A stretch of 64,000 nt of DNA from Pelagomonas calceolata (lineage: Eukaryota), in assembly GCA_918797485.1 (NCBI GenBank), contig CAKKNE010000002.1, positions 4,588,001-4,652,000 on the forward strand, written 5' to 3'. Numbering within the stretch: position 1 is the stretch's first letter; each line of letters starts with the position of its first letter. Shown in pieces: positions 1 to 9,680 of the stretch. Below the pieces are notes generated by a model. It saw nothing but the letters and a program-made list of their open reading frames with translations. It ran no database searches and was not told the DNA's origin. Both the position numbers and the translations under genes were made by a program.

Positions 1-21
1 CAACAACACCACATTACTCAC

Positions 22-1629
22 CTACCGAGACACCGCCGCCTCCCTTTCACGCTTGCGCCACGCCGTGATCGTCATGTCCCCGATGCGCTCGAGCGGCGGC
101 GGGTGGTTGTCCTTCCAGCGCGTGTACTTGTCCGACCACATCTGCGTCGCGTCGGGCCCGTGGCCGTACATTTCCCAGAGTTCTAAGCCACAGGCAGCTA
201 GCGCCGCCTCGATACGCTCCGCATCGCCGGCCGGCCAGAGCCCGTCCTCGGAGCAGAGCAGCGCGCCCTGATACGACTGGCCGGCCTTGCGCGCGGCACC
301 CGAATAGTGGAAGACGGCCCAACTGAGATCATCGGCCGCGTCGACCGTCGTCCAATGTTCTTCGCTGACGATGCCATTGTCGAGCGTCGTCAAGGTCCAC
401 AATCCCGGCACGCCGCCGCGGGGCACGCATCGGTAGTGGCGCTTCGTCCAGACCTGTGTGGAACCCGTCGCGGCGATGGCGTGGGGTTGAGCGATTTCCG
501 CACCGGTCCAGACCAGCTCGCCCTGCAGCGTCTCGACGCAGAATACAGGGTCATACCAGAGCCCATCGCCGCTCTTGGTCGGGTAGAAGATCTGGTGCTG
601 CATCGGAAACGCGTCGTAGGCCGGGTTCGCACCCACCACAATCTTCCAGGACCACGGCTGTTTAGAAGACGCCGAGGCGGGGTCCTCGAGGTGGCCGATG
701 AAGATCTGCCGCGCCGCCTCGAGGTCGACGGGCCGGCCGCGCCACTGAGAGAGGACAGGTACTTTTGGTTCAGTCAGGATCGGCGCATCGGATTGGAAAC
801 AATTGTTCTGCTGCAGGATGCACAGCGAGAACTCCTCCAGTTGTGGGGTCTCGTTGGACACGATCACTCGGTAAGACCCGACCTGATCCCTCAAATCCAC
901 GGCGTTGAGCGCGTCGATGGCCGACTTCGTCTTCGGGTCGCTCAGCGCCGCCGCGATCTGCGGGCCGCAGCAGTCGGTCATGGTCTTGAACTCCTGGAGG
1001 TTCCTCACGACTCCTTTCTCCCAGCTAGGATTGATGTCGCTCGCGACCACGGCGCACGGCCGCACCAGTGCGTGCACAAGGAACAATGCGGCGAAGAGCG
1101 CGTCCTCGGAGGAACCGCGAGCCAGGAGCAATTCGCTCTGCGCCAGCAGTCGCGCGCGACTCGCCTTCGTCGTGAACGGGAGGGCCTTCTGCAGTTTATC
1201 TAAAATGCTGGCGGCGCCCGGTGTCCACCCCGCGCAGAACGCGAGCGCTTTGACGTCCGACGAGCACTCGTCGTCCGCCACGAAGCACGACGGCTGGAGC
1301 CGCGCCAGCGTCGCCTTCGTCTTTGAGACGTCCGTCACGCCCAGACCAATCACGACGTCGCCGGCCGCCGCGTCCGTCGTGCCGCTCACCTTTGCGTCGA
1401 AGTGCCCCACGCGTCTCGCGAGTTGAGACGCTACGGTGGCGTGAGCTGGATTTGGTCGCGGGCTCGACGCGCCGTATACCTTCGAAACGCCGTCGCCGTG
1501 CAAGAAGAGCACCGTGGCATCGTCACTGACAGCTCGCAGCGCCGCTGGCGTGCGCACGCGTCGGGTTGGTGCCAGCAGAGCGGTGCTCAGCTGGCAGCCC
1601 AAGAGTAGTACTAGGGCCCGTGCAGTCAT
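22..1629 (-). CDS. VDR: Violaxanthin de-epoxidase-related (VDR-like) protein with an N-terminal targeting peptide; one in-frame 60-nt intron (454-513), about 515 aa after splicing
   Basis: VDE/VDR-family motifs DQVGSYRVIVSNETPQLEEFSLCILQQNNC, WKIVVGANPAYDAFPMQHQIFY, WYDPVF and HYSGAARKAGQSYQGALLCS. Hydrophobic N-terminus MTARALVLLLGCQLSTA. Removing 454-513 restores LVWTKRHY. Confidence 0.8.
   Translation of the reverse strand: MTARALVLLLGCQLSTALLAPTRRVRTPAALRAVSDDATVLFLHGDGVSKVYGASSPRPNPAHATVASQLARRVGHFDAKVSGTTDAAAGDVVIGLGVTDVSKTKATLARLQPSCFVADDECSSDVKALAFCAGWTPGAASILDKLQKALPFTTKASRARLLAQSELLLARGSSEDALFAALFLVHALVRPCAVVASDINPSWEKGVVRNLQEFKTMTDCCGPQIAAALSDPKTKSAIDALNAVDLRDQVGSYRVIVSNETPQLEEFSLCILQQNNCFQSDAPILTEPKVPVLSQWRGRPVDLEAARQIFIGHLEDPASASSKQPWSWKIVVGANPAYDAFPMQHQIFYPTKSGDGLWYDPVFCVETLQGELVWTGAEIAQPHAIAATGSTQVWTKRHYRCVPRGGVPGLWTLTTLDNGIVSEEHWTTVDAADDLSWAVFHYSGAARKAGQSYQGALLCSEDGLWPAGDAERIEAALAACGLELWEMYGHGPDATQMWSDKYTRWKDNHPPPLERIGDMTITAWRKREREAAVSR
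454..513 (-). mobile_element. Introner-type intron, 60 nt, GT-AG, phase 0
   Basis: Perfect 8-bp direct repeat gtccagac at 446-453 and 506-513 flanks a 52-bp element with TIRs ctgtgtggaa / ttccgcaccg. On the minus strand it reads GTCTGGAC-cggtgcggaa...ttccacacAG|GTCTGGAC. Confidence 0.92.
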
Positions 1630-1728
1630 CTTCGCGTCGACAGCGATGACAGCAGCAACAGATACAACAAGTTTGCCAACTATTGCGTCGCAAATAAGCG
1701 GAATACGCCTGGATGCGCTGGCTGTCGA

Positions 1729-1752
1729 GCTAGCGTCCTATAAAGACACTAG
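1729..1752. promoter_or_regulatory. Copy of recurrent upstream motif CTAGTGTCTWW-N-CGCTAGC (reverse orientation)
   Basis: gctagcgtcctataaagacactag lies between the divergent VDR and RlmJ starts. Confidence 0.6.
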
Positions 1753-1886
1753 GCAGCGCTTTGTTTTTGGCCTTGATCATCCTGCTCGCAACCACCCACA
1801 GGGATCGTAAAAATCCGTAATTAATCATTTCAAGACGCCTGCCGCCGCGTAATGCAGTCGTAGGAGCAATACCACTGCAGGCTGCA

Positions 1887-2933
1887 ATGTGCTCACTGCT
1901 GCTGCTGCTCGTCGTCGCGCCGGCAGCAGCGCTGCGCGGCACCCCACTGCGCGCAACAACACGCCTCGACTACGACCACCTCTACCACATCGGCTCGCCC
2001 GTCGACGTCTTCAAGCATTGCGTCCTCACGGCGCTGCTGCGGCGCTGCACGGAGAAGGCGTCGCCGCTAACTTATGTCGAGACGCACGCCGGCCGCGGGC
2101 TTTATCCGTTCGACTCCGAGGAAGCGGCAACGCTGGCCGAGTTCGAGGACGGGCATCATAAGCTGCGGGCGCGAGCCGCGGGCCGCGAGAAGCTTCATGC
2201 AGACATCGCGGCGTATCTTGCGGCCCAGCGACCAGAGGAGTATGTAGGATCCGCCGCTCTGGCAGCCCTAGCGCTGCGCGAGGGCGACCGCGGCGTCTTC
2301 TTCGAACGCGATGAAACGTGTGCCGACGCGCTCACGGACGCCTTGTCCCGTCTTGGGGCGGAGTCTACCGTCGAGGTTGGCGACGGCTACGTCGGCACCT
2401 GTGTGGAAATCAACCAGTGAGTTAGGTTGTCGCGTCGATGGCGTAGAATCTCCACGCCATCGAGCAGATGCAGTTACAGGGAAGACGCCGGGTCGATGGC
2501 GTGGGGCGTCCGAAATTTGGTTTCCGCACAGGCCGGCACGAAGAAGCTGCGCGTCTCAACCCGCGGCCTCGTGTTTGTGGACCCGCCGTACCAGTCGGGC
2601 AGCGACACTGACCTCATCGCCGCGCTCTGCGGCCACCTCAAGCAGTACTGGCGGGCCGCGCGTATCGCTGTGTGGTACCCGCGCGGCGACGGCGCCGACG
2701 CGCGTACGGAACGGCTGCGTCACGAAGTCCTCGCCGCGACCGGTGCGTTCGACGTGCTGGACGCGCACCTGACCGTGCCCGGGGACGCGTCGGCGCGACT
2801 CCGGTCGTCGGGGATGCTCCTCGTGCAGCCGCCGTACGGCTTCGACGACGACCTCGAGTCACTGTTGCCCGAGCTCGCGGAGCTGCTCGCGCCGGGCGGG
2901 AGTTGGGGCGTGGAGTGGCTTCGGCGGGGCTAG
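1887..2933 (+). CDS. rlmJ: RlmJ-like 23S rRNA adenine N6-methyltransferase with a signal peptide; exons 1887-2390 and 2532-2933, about 301 aa
   Basis: YHIGSPVDVFKH, YVETHAGRGLY, YVGS, DGY, RGLVFVDPPY, AVWYP and SGMLLVQPPYG match RlmJ/YhiR motifs. The two ORF-track halves join in frame after removing 2391-2531. Confidence 0.85.
2391..2531 (+). mobile_element. Introner-type intron, 141 nt, GT-AG, phase 0
   Basis: TSD gtcggcac (2391-2398) vs gccggcac (2532-2539), 7/8 identical. 15-bp TIRs ctgtgtggaaatcaa / ttggtttccgcacag. Internal hairpin tcgatggcgt (2435-2444) / acgccatcga (2454-2463). Confidence 0.92.
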
Positions 2934-2974
2934 TTGTGAATGTTGTAATCTTATCACTTTTTACACAGTTCCGC

Positions 2975-3817
2975 TCACTGGTCCAGTTCCCGGAGCATTC
3001 TCGCCGCGTCGGCTCTAGCGGTATCCGTCAGGTGCTTGTACTCGTACTCGCCGTCAAAGATCTTCTTGAGCCAGAACCGCGCGCGAGCGGGGTCTTTCGG
3101 CAGGCCGTGGCCGCCTTCGAAGAACGCCCAGCCAAGTTGATACGCGGCGAGGTCCGAACCCAGACCCGCCGCCTCGGTCGCGTTCATGATCCCAAATGCA
3201 GTGTCCTGGGGCCCACCGAGGCCAAGCAGGAGATATTCACCAAAAGCGGCCATCCCTTTCGGGTCTCGGGCCGCCGCGCTGCGCTCGTACCACGCGCGGG
3301 CTTGCGCATTGTCTTTCGCGAGGCCGTTCATACCTTCTCGGTACCACGCGCCGAGCATATACATAGCTTCCCCGTCGCCTCCTCCCGCCATCGCGCGCGT
3401 CTCCTTCACTTCCTTTTCATCCTCCAGCTTCTGTTTCCACGCCTCAGCAATCTCGCCCGCGATGGCGCCGCTCTCGACCAGCGCCTCGATCGTGTTTCGC
3501 GCTTGCGGTGCTGGGAATAACTTCGTCCCGATGACGGCACCCGTGCTCGGGCTGGTTGGCTCACCATCTTTCTTCGAGAACCACTCGCGGATGGCTTTCT
3601 CCTCGTAGATCTTGCCGTCTTCGGCGGTCACGGGTTTGATCGGCAATTCGTGCGTGATCGGACAGATGAACTCCCTCGCGATGGCGGCCAAGGTTTTTTG
3701 TTTCTTCTCTGCGTTCGCGTCCGCCTCGTCGCGTTCCTCGAGCGCCCTTTTTTTCATAGCATCGGCCACTTTCAGTAGATTTTTGCCCCGCGGCGGCGGG
3801 CCGGCGGCGTCAGCCAT
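2975..3817 (-). CDS. U-box plus Sel1-repeat protein
   Basis: U-box EFICPITHELPIKPVTAEDGKIYEEKAIREWF...TSPSTG, followed by Sel1-like repeats (AMYMLGAWYREGMNGLAKDNAQARAWYERSA; AAYQLGWAFFEGGHGLPKDPARARFW). Likely ATG at 3817. Confidence 0.85.
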   Translation of the reverse strand: MADAAGPPPRGKNLLKVADAMKKRALEERDEADANAEKKQKTLAAIAREFICPITHELPIKPVTAEDGKIYEEKAIREWFSKKDGEPTSPSTGAVIGTKLFPAPQARNTIEALVESGAIAGEIAEAWKQKLEDEKEVKETRAMAGGGDGEAMYMLGAWYREGMNGLAKDNAQARAWYERSAAARDPKGMAAFGEYLLLGLGGPQDTAFGIMNATEAAGLGSDLAAYQLGWAFFEGGHGLPKDPARARFWLKKIFDGEYEYKHLTDTARADAARMLRELDQ

Positions 3818-4020
3818 CGTCGCCGTCGGACGCGTCGCGCTGCCTCCGAGTACTGCAGGACAACAAGGTGTGTAGTCGCGTTGCAGCCGAAATTGCGCTG
3901 TTTCGCTCGGATCTCCCGTAGCGCAGCGCAACAGTGCCTGCCTCGGTCCAAAATCGACTGCAAAAGCACGGGTAGCGGCTGTCCTCTCGGCGCCAGAGAG
4001 CCTGAGACCCTGGAATTGCT

Positions 4021-4043
4021 CTAGTGTCTTACTAGCCGCTAGC
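4021..4043. promoter_or_regulatory. Copy of recurrent upstream motif
   Basis: ctagtgtcttactagccgctagc lies between divergent starts at 3817(-) and 4305(+). Confidence 0.6.
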
Positions 4044-4304
4044 AAAACGGGAGAGCGCTTCCGTCGTGCAACGACGAAGACTAGTTCGACGCCGCACCGA
4101 CTCCTCCAGCTCCGAACGCAACAACACTAGCGCTGGGCAACCAAACACAGCCTTTGCGGAGCGCCGCCTTTGGCACGGCCCGCCGAGGCGCGCGGCGCGG
4201 CACCGGGACACGGCAGCCGCCAAACAGTGGTCAGGGCTCCACGCCATCCCCTGAAGCAGAAGAGGGCTGCCCCCCATCACCTATCACCCAGGACAAGAGC
4301 AGCC

Positions 4305-6376
4305 ATGATCCACGCCCACGACGTCGAGGCCGAGCTCTGGCGCTTCGTCGACGACGGGGACCAACCTTCACCAAATGATTTGTGGAGGTGCATCCAGTAC
4401 ACGGCGCGCAAGAAGGCGACGGCGCTGCCCAGTAGCTTCACGCGGGACAGCGAGATGCATTTGGTCGATCAACACATGATCGATACGACGGACCGACATC
4501 TCGTCAAGGCCTTCTGCGAGCAGTTCCGGCCGGGCGCCACGGAGCGAGATATGCAGAAACCATTATTTTATCTCACGCCGTTCATCACTTGTAGCAAGTG
4601 CAATAGCATACTCTTTATCGACGCGGCGAACGCGCGGTGCTTCGGGGCGCCCGTGCCCGAATCCGTGCGGTTGAAGCGGGGCGGCAACGAGACGCTGGCC
4701 GTCTGTCCGGGCTGCGCCATGACGGAAAATTTGGAAGTGGGTGCTCATGACTTCATGGAGGACATCGAGGACGCGAGTCTCGGCGTCCCGTCGCGTAGAG
4801 ACGCCTTCACTTCATTAATACGACTCGTGTCCATCAGACGATTTTGAGGCAGTTCGGACCGATTTGACGGAAATGCTCCGCGCAGGCGAGGGAGGCCATG
4901 GCCAAGGAGATGAAGAAGCGGAAGCGGGCCGCATCTCTATTGATCATGGTCTACCGGTTTTATTTGAGGAGGCAGCTAGCTCGCGCAGCTAGAACGAGGC
5001 AGAAGTGCCGCTACTACCTGTATCATCGGTGCGCGTCTATTGTCGAGAGTGCGGCGCGTGGCAGACTCGGGAGACGACGAGCAAGGACCTTCGAGAACCT
5101 GAGGTACATTAAGAACAGGCATCCCATCAGTCTGAAGAAAGCATTAGCTCAAAAGTTCGAAGTCGACAAACGGACGGGCGAGTCGAAGCGCCTAAAAAAG
5201 GTCTTCTGGTACCATACGAAAGTCCAGCTCGATTGCCTGTACCGGGACTACTTCATCCTGTGTCAACGGACGGGCTTCGTACCTCCCAGAATTATCGTCG
5301 AGCAAAATATTGAAGAGATTGCTAGGCGTATTAGGGTACGGGAAGAGTACCTGATCACGCTCATCCAAGCGTTGTACCGCGGGATCATATTGAGGAAATG
5401 TTTGGAGATTTATAAATACGAGATCATACGAATACGAGAAATTCGGGCGCAGTCGTGCTTTCGCATCGGCACGATCTGGCGGGGCTACGTCGCGCGGAAG
5501 CTGCGCGTGCCGGCGCGCATAGCTCAGGTATTACGACGAAAACGCCCAGAACAGTACGCGCGCGAACGGCGGGAGAAGCGCGACCGCATCCGCGCGAAAG
5601 CGGCCCGATCTAGGTTGAGGCAGCTCTACGAGAAGGAGCGCGCCGAGGAGGCGACAGCTAGAGCGTCCGGTCTCGTGAACCCGAACAATGCGCCGGGCGG
5701 CGGCGGCAAGAAGATGGCCGCATTTCTCGACTCAGCCTATGGCTCCGACGACGTGCGGCGGGGCGGCCGGCAGCTCTTGGATGGCATCGCCGAATATGAT
5801 GCGCGCATTCAGAGAGAAAAGGAGGAGAAGCAAGCGCGCAAGGACTGGTTACGGAAGGCCGTGGCCGACGAAGCGGAGCGAGGACCGAAATTTCTACGGG
5901 GAAAAATAGCCAAGGACAACTACAATGGCACTTATGACATCGACTTCGAGGACGGCACGAAGGAGGCGAGTGTTGATGTGCTGAAGATCAAGCAGGCCGA
6001 GGGCTTTCCGAAGCCGTCGCTAGGCCACAAGTGGAAGGTCGGGATGGTATGCCTGGGCCGGTATTCGCATAAGCGGGATCTCTGCGGCCACGACGTGAAC
6101 GACGCGGGTGCGTATAAGCGCTACTATCATCGCGACGAGATGTCTGCTAACTCGCAACAGTTAATTGACAAGTTGACCACTTTTCAAGTGAAGCCGTCGC
6201 ACGATTCTCGATCGTTGCTGAAGAACCATAATCAAAGGATGGAGAAGCGGGGGCGAGGGATTTCTTTCGACTTTCCTTCCACATTATATGGCGACCCGCG
6301 CGCGGCGCTCTACGAGGGCGAGCGGAGTCCCATCTCGCCGAAGGACTCCGAGGCGCGCGCCGGGGAGTTCACGTAA
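4305..6376 (+). CDS. IQ-motif-containing protein with an N-terminal CxxC/CxxC module and a Tudor-like segment; exons 4305-4772 and 4886-6376, about 652 aa
   Basis: ORFs 4170..4847 and 4898..6376 join in frame (FMEDIED|AREAMAKEMKK). IQ-like motifs IQALYRGIILRK, IGTIWRGYVARK and VESAARGRLGRR. Cys pairs CSKC and CPGC. Tudor/SH3-like stretch GKIAKDNYNGTYDIDFEDG. Confidence 0.7.
4773..4885 (+). mobile_element. Introner-type intron, 113 nt, GC-AG, phase 0
   Basis: gcgagtct (donor) vs gcgaggga (next exon), 5/8 identical. The 5' end cggcgtcc and 3' end tttgaggcagttcggaccga...atgctccgcgcag are homologous to the 12768-12892 intron. Confidence 0.85.
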
Positions 6377-6477
6377 TTAGTTTGAGTGTATGGTCGTTTT
6401 GGGGGTGCGGCGGCGGCGTTTCGGGGAACTGCGTCGTAGTAGGGCGCATTTGCTCGTTTTTTTTTTAACCCCTACCA

Positions 6478-7197
6478 CTAGTCCTCCTCCGCGTTTCCTG
6501 CCCCGGTCCCCCGCCAGAAGGCAGTGGGCAAGGGGCGCGACGATGCGGCCTCCCAGATATACGTGAGAAACGGAGGATGGTAGGGGTCTCGTTCGTCGTC
6601 GGCCTCGGATGCATCATCGTCGTTGATGCTCGGCGCCCCGGCGCATGCGATTTCGCGCCGCGCGGCGGGCGTGTATGCGTGCAGCGGGTCACGGACCCAA
6701 GGATCTGACGGTACGACATCTGACGATAGCCAGACGAGCGCCTCGGAGCTCGCACGGCGCGCAGCTGTTGCATCGCCCTCGCGAGCGAGCGCACGGAGTC
6801 GTTCGACGTCGGCGGCGAGACGATTGCGCGCGATGCGGAGCGCATCGAGGTCGCTCGTCTCGCATCCAAGCGGGACTGCCTCAGCTTCGGAATCAGTCTC
6901 GTCCGCCCAACACCGCTCGACGGCGCGCCTTGCACTCTCGCGACTGGCCGCTCGCCTCGCGCGCGTTCGGCAGCACGCGCGCATTGCGACTTCAGGCCTC
7001 TCGCCTCCTGTCGCTGTGCTGCCACCTCTTGCCGTCCCGATAGCTGCTGGTGCCTCGCCCGCCGCGACGCGGCGCAGGTTCCTCGCCACGTACGCCCGAA
7101 CTTTGGTCACCGCGCGGACTCGCAGCGTGGCAGCCTCGAGCCGGGGTCGCGCATGCGTACGACGCGACGCGGTGTGCGGCCAAGACGCTGCTGACAT
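6478..7197 (-). CDS. Hypothetical protein
   Basis: 239-aa ATG-initiated ORF fills the gap. It converges on the 6376 gene end and diverges from the 7688 gene across a copy of the upstream motif. No domain recognised. Confidence 0.45.
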   Translation of the reverse strand: MSAASWPHTASRRTHARPRLEAATLRVRAVTKVRAYVARNLRRVAAGEAPAAIGTARGGSTATGGERPEVAMRACCRTRARRAASRESARRAVERCWADETDSEAEAVPLGCETSDLDALRIARNRLAADVERLRALAREGDATAARRASSEALVWLSSDVVPSDPWVRDPLHAYTPAARREIACAGAPSINDDDASEADDERDPYHPPFLTYIWEAASSRPLPTAFWRGTGAGNAEED

Positions 7198-7502
7198 CTT
7201 TGGCGCTTTTGCACGCCTGCTGAGCGTAGGAACGTCAGGCTTCGCCAGTTTGCCCGTCCCAGATTGTTTGGCAGTGTAGATCTAGGGACAGACGAGTATT
7301 TTGACCATTGTGTCTGGCTGCGCGTCGCGGCGACGGCGTTTTTTACAGCAGTGCAGTGGAGGGTGCTGCGGCGCTGCTTACAGTCCACGAGGACAGCTAG
7401 CGTTGCGCAGCTTGCAAGATCCGAGATCTTGCACGGCAGCGCTGCACCTCGGACGATTTATACGGGCGATAAGGCCCGGGCCGGCGTGCTTTGCTTTGAT
7501 GC

Positions 7503-7524
7503 CTAGTGTCTTACGACCGCTAGC
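7503..7524. promoter_or_regulatory. Copy of recurrent upstream motif
   Basis: ctagtgtcttacgaccgctagc lies between starts at 7197(-) and 7688(+). Confidence 0.6.
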
Positions 7525-7687
7525 TAGCTCCGCGGCGCAGCGCTTGTCCTTTGGGCCGTAGCCGTGGCTTGGCAGCAAACGCTGTAGTTCTCTTTGTTCC
7601 TACACCTCTTCGCTGTTGCACCGCGACAACGGACGTCTCCGCGTGCGCCAGCCGTCACACAAGCTAGCAAGAAGCAGCAGAGCCACC

Positions 7688-8410
7688 ATGCGCACGCGAC
7701 TGTACGCCATCGCGGCGCTCGCACAATTAGCACATGCTTCAGACCCGCTGTCCTACCACGGCGGCTCCATTTTAGCGATGGCCGGCAGGGACGCCGCGGT
7801 GCTCGTCCTCGACAAGCGCATCGGCGCCGGAAACAATCTCATAGGAGACGAGTGCTGCCGCGTGCTCGAAGCGTCAACGCGCTCCCTGCTGGCGGTGCGC
7901 GGTATTCAAGGAGACGTGCAATCGTTGCTCGAGGACGTCGCGGCGCGGCTACGACTGCGACGCCTCGAGGAGGGCGACGACGCGTGCCAAGAGCCCAAAA
8001 CGCTCGCTTCCCTAGTTTCCGTGATGCTCTACGGGCAACGAGCGCGGGGCGGCGCGCCCGGGTATAGTGTCGAGCCCGTCATCGCGGGCCTCGACAAAGA
8101 CGGCGCGCCCTTTTTGTGCGCCCAAGACGGGTTAGGAGCAAAAATGACTTCAAAAACGTTCGTCGTCGCCGGCACGGCGGCCCAATCGTTGTACGGGTCC
8201 TGCGAGGCACTTTATAAACCGGACCTGGCGGAAGAGGAACTTGTGGAAGCTGCTTGTGGCGCGATGGCCGCGGGCCTCGACAGGGACTGCCTCGCGGGCC
8301 GCGACGTCGCCGTCCACGTCGTATCCTCGACGGGCGTGCGGCGCGAGGACCGGCGGCTGGGGAGGGAGGCGGTCGCGCCGGCGGGCGGCGCGCCGGCCGG
8401 GTTTAGGTGA
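7688..8410 (+). CDS. PSMB3: 20S proteasome subunit beta type-3-like protein with an N-terminal signal peptide
   Basis: PLSYHGGSILAMAGRDAAVLVLDKRIG, GIQGDVQSL, YSVEPVIAGLD, FVVAGTAAQSLYGSCEALYKPDL and AGLDRDCLAG match beta-3/Pup3. Preceded by MRTRLYAIAALAQLAHA. Confidence 0.85.
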   Translation: MRTRLYAIAALAQLAHASDPLSYHGGSILAMAGRDAAVLVLDKRIGAGNNLIGDECCRVLEASTRSLLAVRGIQGDVQSLLEDVAARLRLRRLEEGDDACQEPKTLASLVSVMLYGQRARGGAPGYSVEPVIAGLDKDGAPFLCAQDGLGAKMTSKTFVVAGTAAQSLYGSCEALYKPDLAEEELVEAACGAMAAGLDRDCLAGRDVAVHVVSSTGVRREDRRLGREAVAPAGGAPAGFR

Positions 8411-8824
8411 CATAAAACTCCGCCCGTTTTTCTCACGTTGTGTTGAGCACTCACTGCGACGGCGTTCGCCGGCGACTCGTCTCTGACCCTGATCAGGATC
8501 GGCGGGCCAATCAGGCTCTCACGCCAGGTTGGAGATGCCGCTTGGCACGGCCTGCTTCCGCCAAGAAAAGGAGCTATTCTGCACTCGCGGCGCGGTAGGA
8601 GCGCACTGGACACGTTGGCTTCACGAGCAGCGCAGCAGCCTGCTCGCGATTTGCCCTAGCTCGTTTGAGCAGCGATAATTTGGAAGTGGCAGCAGAGTTG
8701 CAGGACGCGAGCGCGCGCAACAGGAGCGTACGATCAACGTCCAGACGAGCAACAGAGGAACAACGCAACAGACGAGCAACGCGGAAGCGCGCAACAGAGT
8801 CGCACAGCTACAAGCAACGCAGCG

Positions 8825-9565
8825 ATGGCGTCGATCCTCGACGCGAAGGTCCAGTCCTACATCGCCCTCTACAGCGGCATCATCTCGACGCTCTCGCCGT
8901 CGCTCACGACGCTCCAGCTCCTCAAGACGTTTGACCGGAGCATCTCGGCCAAGGAGCTCGCCACGATCTCTATACGAATTTTTCCGCACCAGTGCTTCCT
9001 CAAGTGGGCCCAGATGAACGCCGCGACGCCCGTGAAGGAGCACGCGAACCCCTGGCTGGCCTTTGGTGTTGTTGGTGTGCTGCAGGGCGGCGTGTATGGG
9101 CAGTGCACGACCTACGTCTCGAAATTGCTGGGGTTGGCCAAGAAGCCGCCGAAGCTCCAGGATTTGCTGCGAGGTTCTGCGTTCGCCGGGTCGCGGGACA
9201 CGATCTCGCAGGGCGTGCCCTTTGCCTATAGTGCCACTGTACAGTCGATGGTGGTGGACCCCCTCTACGCGTCGGTGGCGGGCCCCGTCTCCGGCGACGA
9301 CGCGTCGCAGCCCGTGCGGCGCATGGCCGCCGTGATGTCTTGTTCAATAGGTGCTACTGTAGCGTCGCAGTTCCCGCACAACTGCCAGATCCGGATGCAG
9401 GCCGACCCGTCCCTAGGCTACGCGGGCGTCGTGCGCGTCCTCACCTCCGAATTTGGGATCAGGGCGTTCTACATGGGTGCGTCGGCGCGAGTGGCGCTCT
9501 TGCTGGTCGTGAACTCGCTGAACGAGCTCGTGCTGAAGAAGGCGTGGGCGAAGGACGACAGCTAG
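8825..9565 (+). CDS. Divergent mitochondrial-carrier-like membrane protein
   Basis: Carrier-like signature region SQFPHNCQIRMQAD...YAGVVRVLTSEFGIRAFYMGASARV plus several hydrophobic segments. Confidence 0.6.
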   Translation: MASILDAKVQSYIALYSGIISTLSPSLTTLQLLKTFDRSISAKELATISIRIFPHQCFLKWAQMNAATPVKEHANPWLAFGVVGVLQGGVYGQCTTYVSKLLGLAKKPPKLQDLLRGSAFAGSRDTISQGVPFAYSATVQSMVVDPLYASVAGPVSGDDASQPVRRMAAVMSCSIGATVASQFPHNCQIRMQADPSLGYAGVVRVLTSEFGIRAFYMGASARVALLLVVNSLNELVLKKAWAKDDS

Positions 9566-9680
9566 CCCGCGTGTCATGTATATCTAAACTTATGTATATC
9601 GGGAGTATCTATGCGGACCATGCCACTGGCAGCGTCCGCCGTTATCATCGGCTTGCAAGTGGAAAAGTCTATGTAGAATC

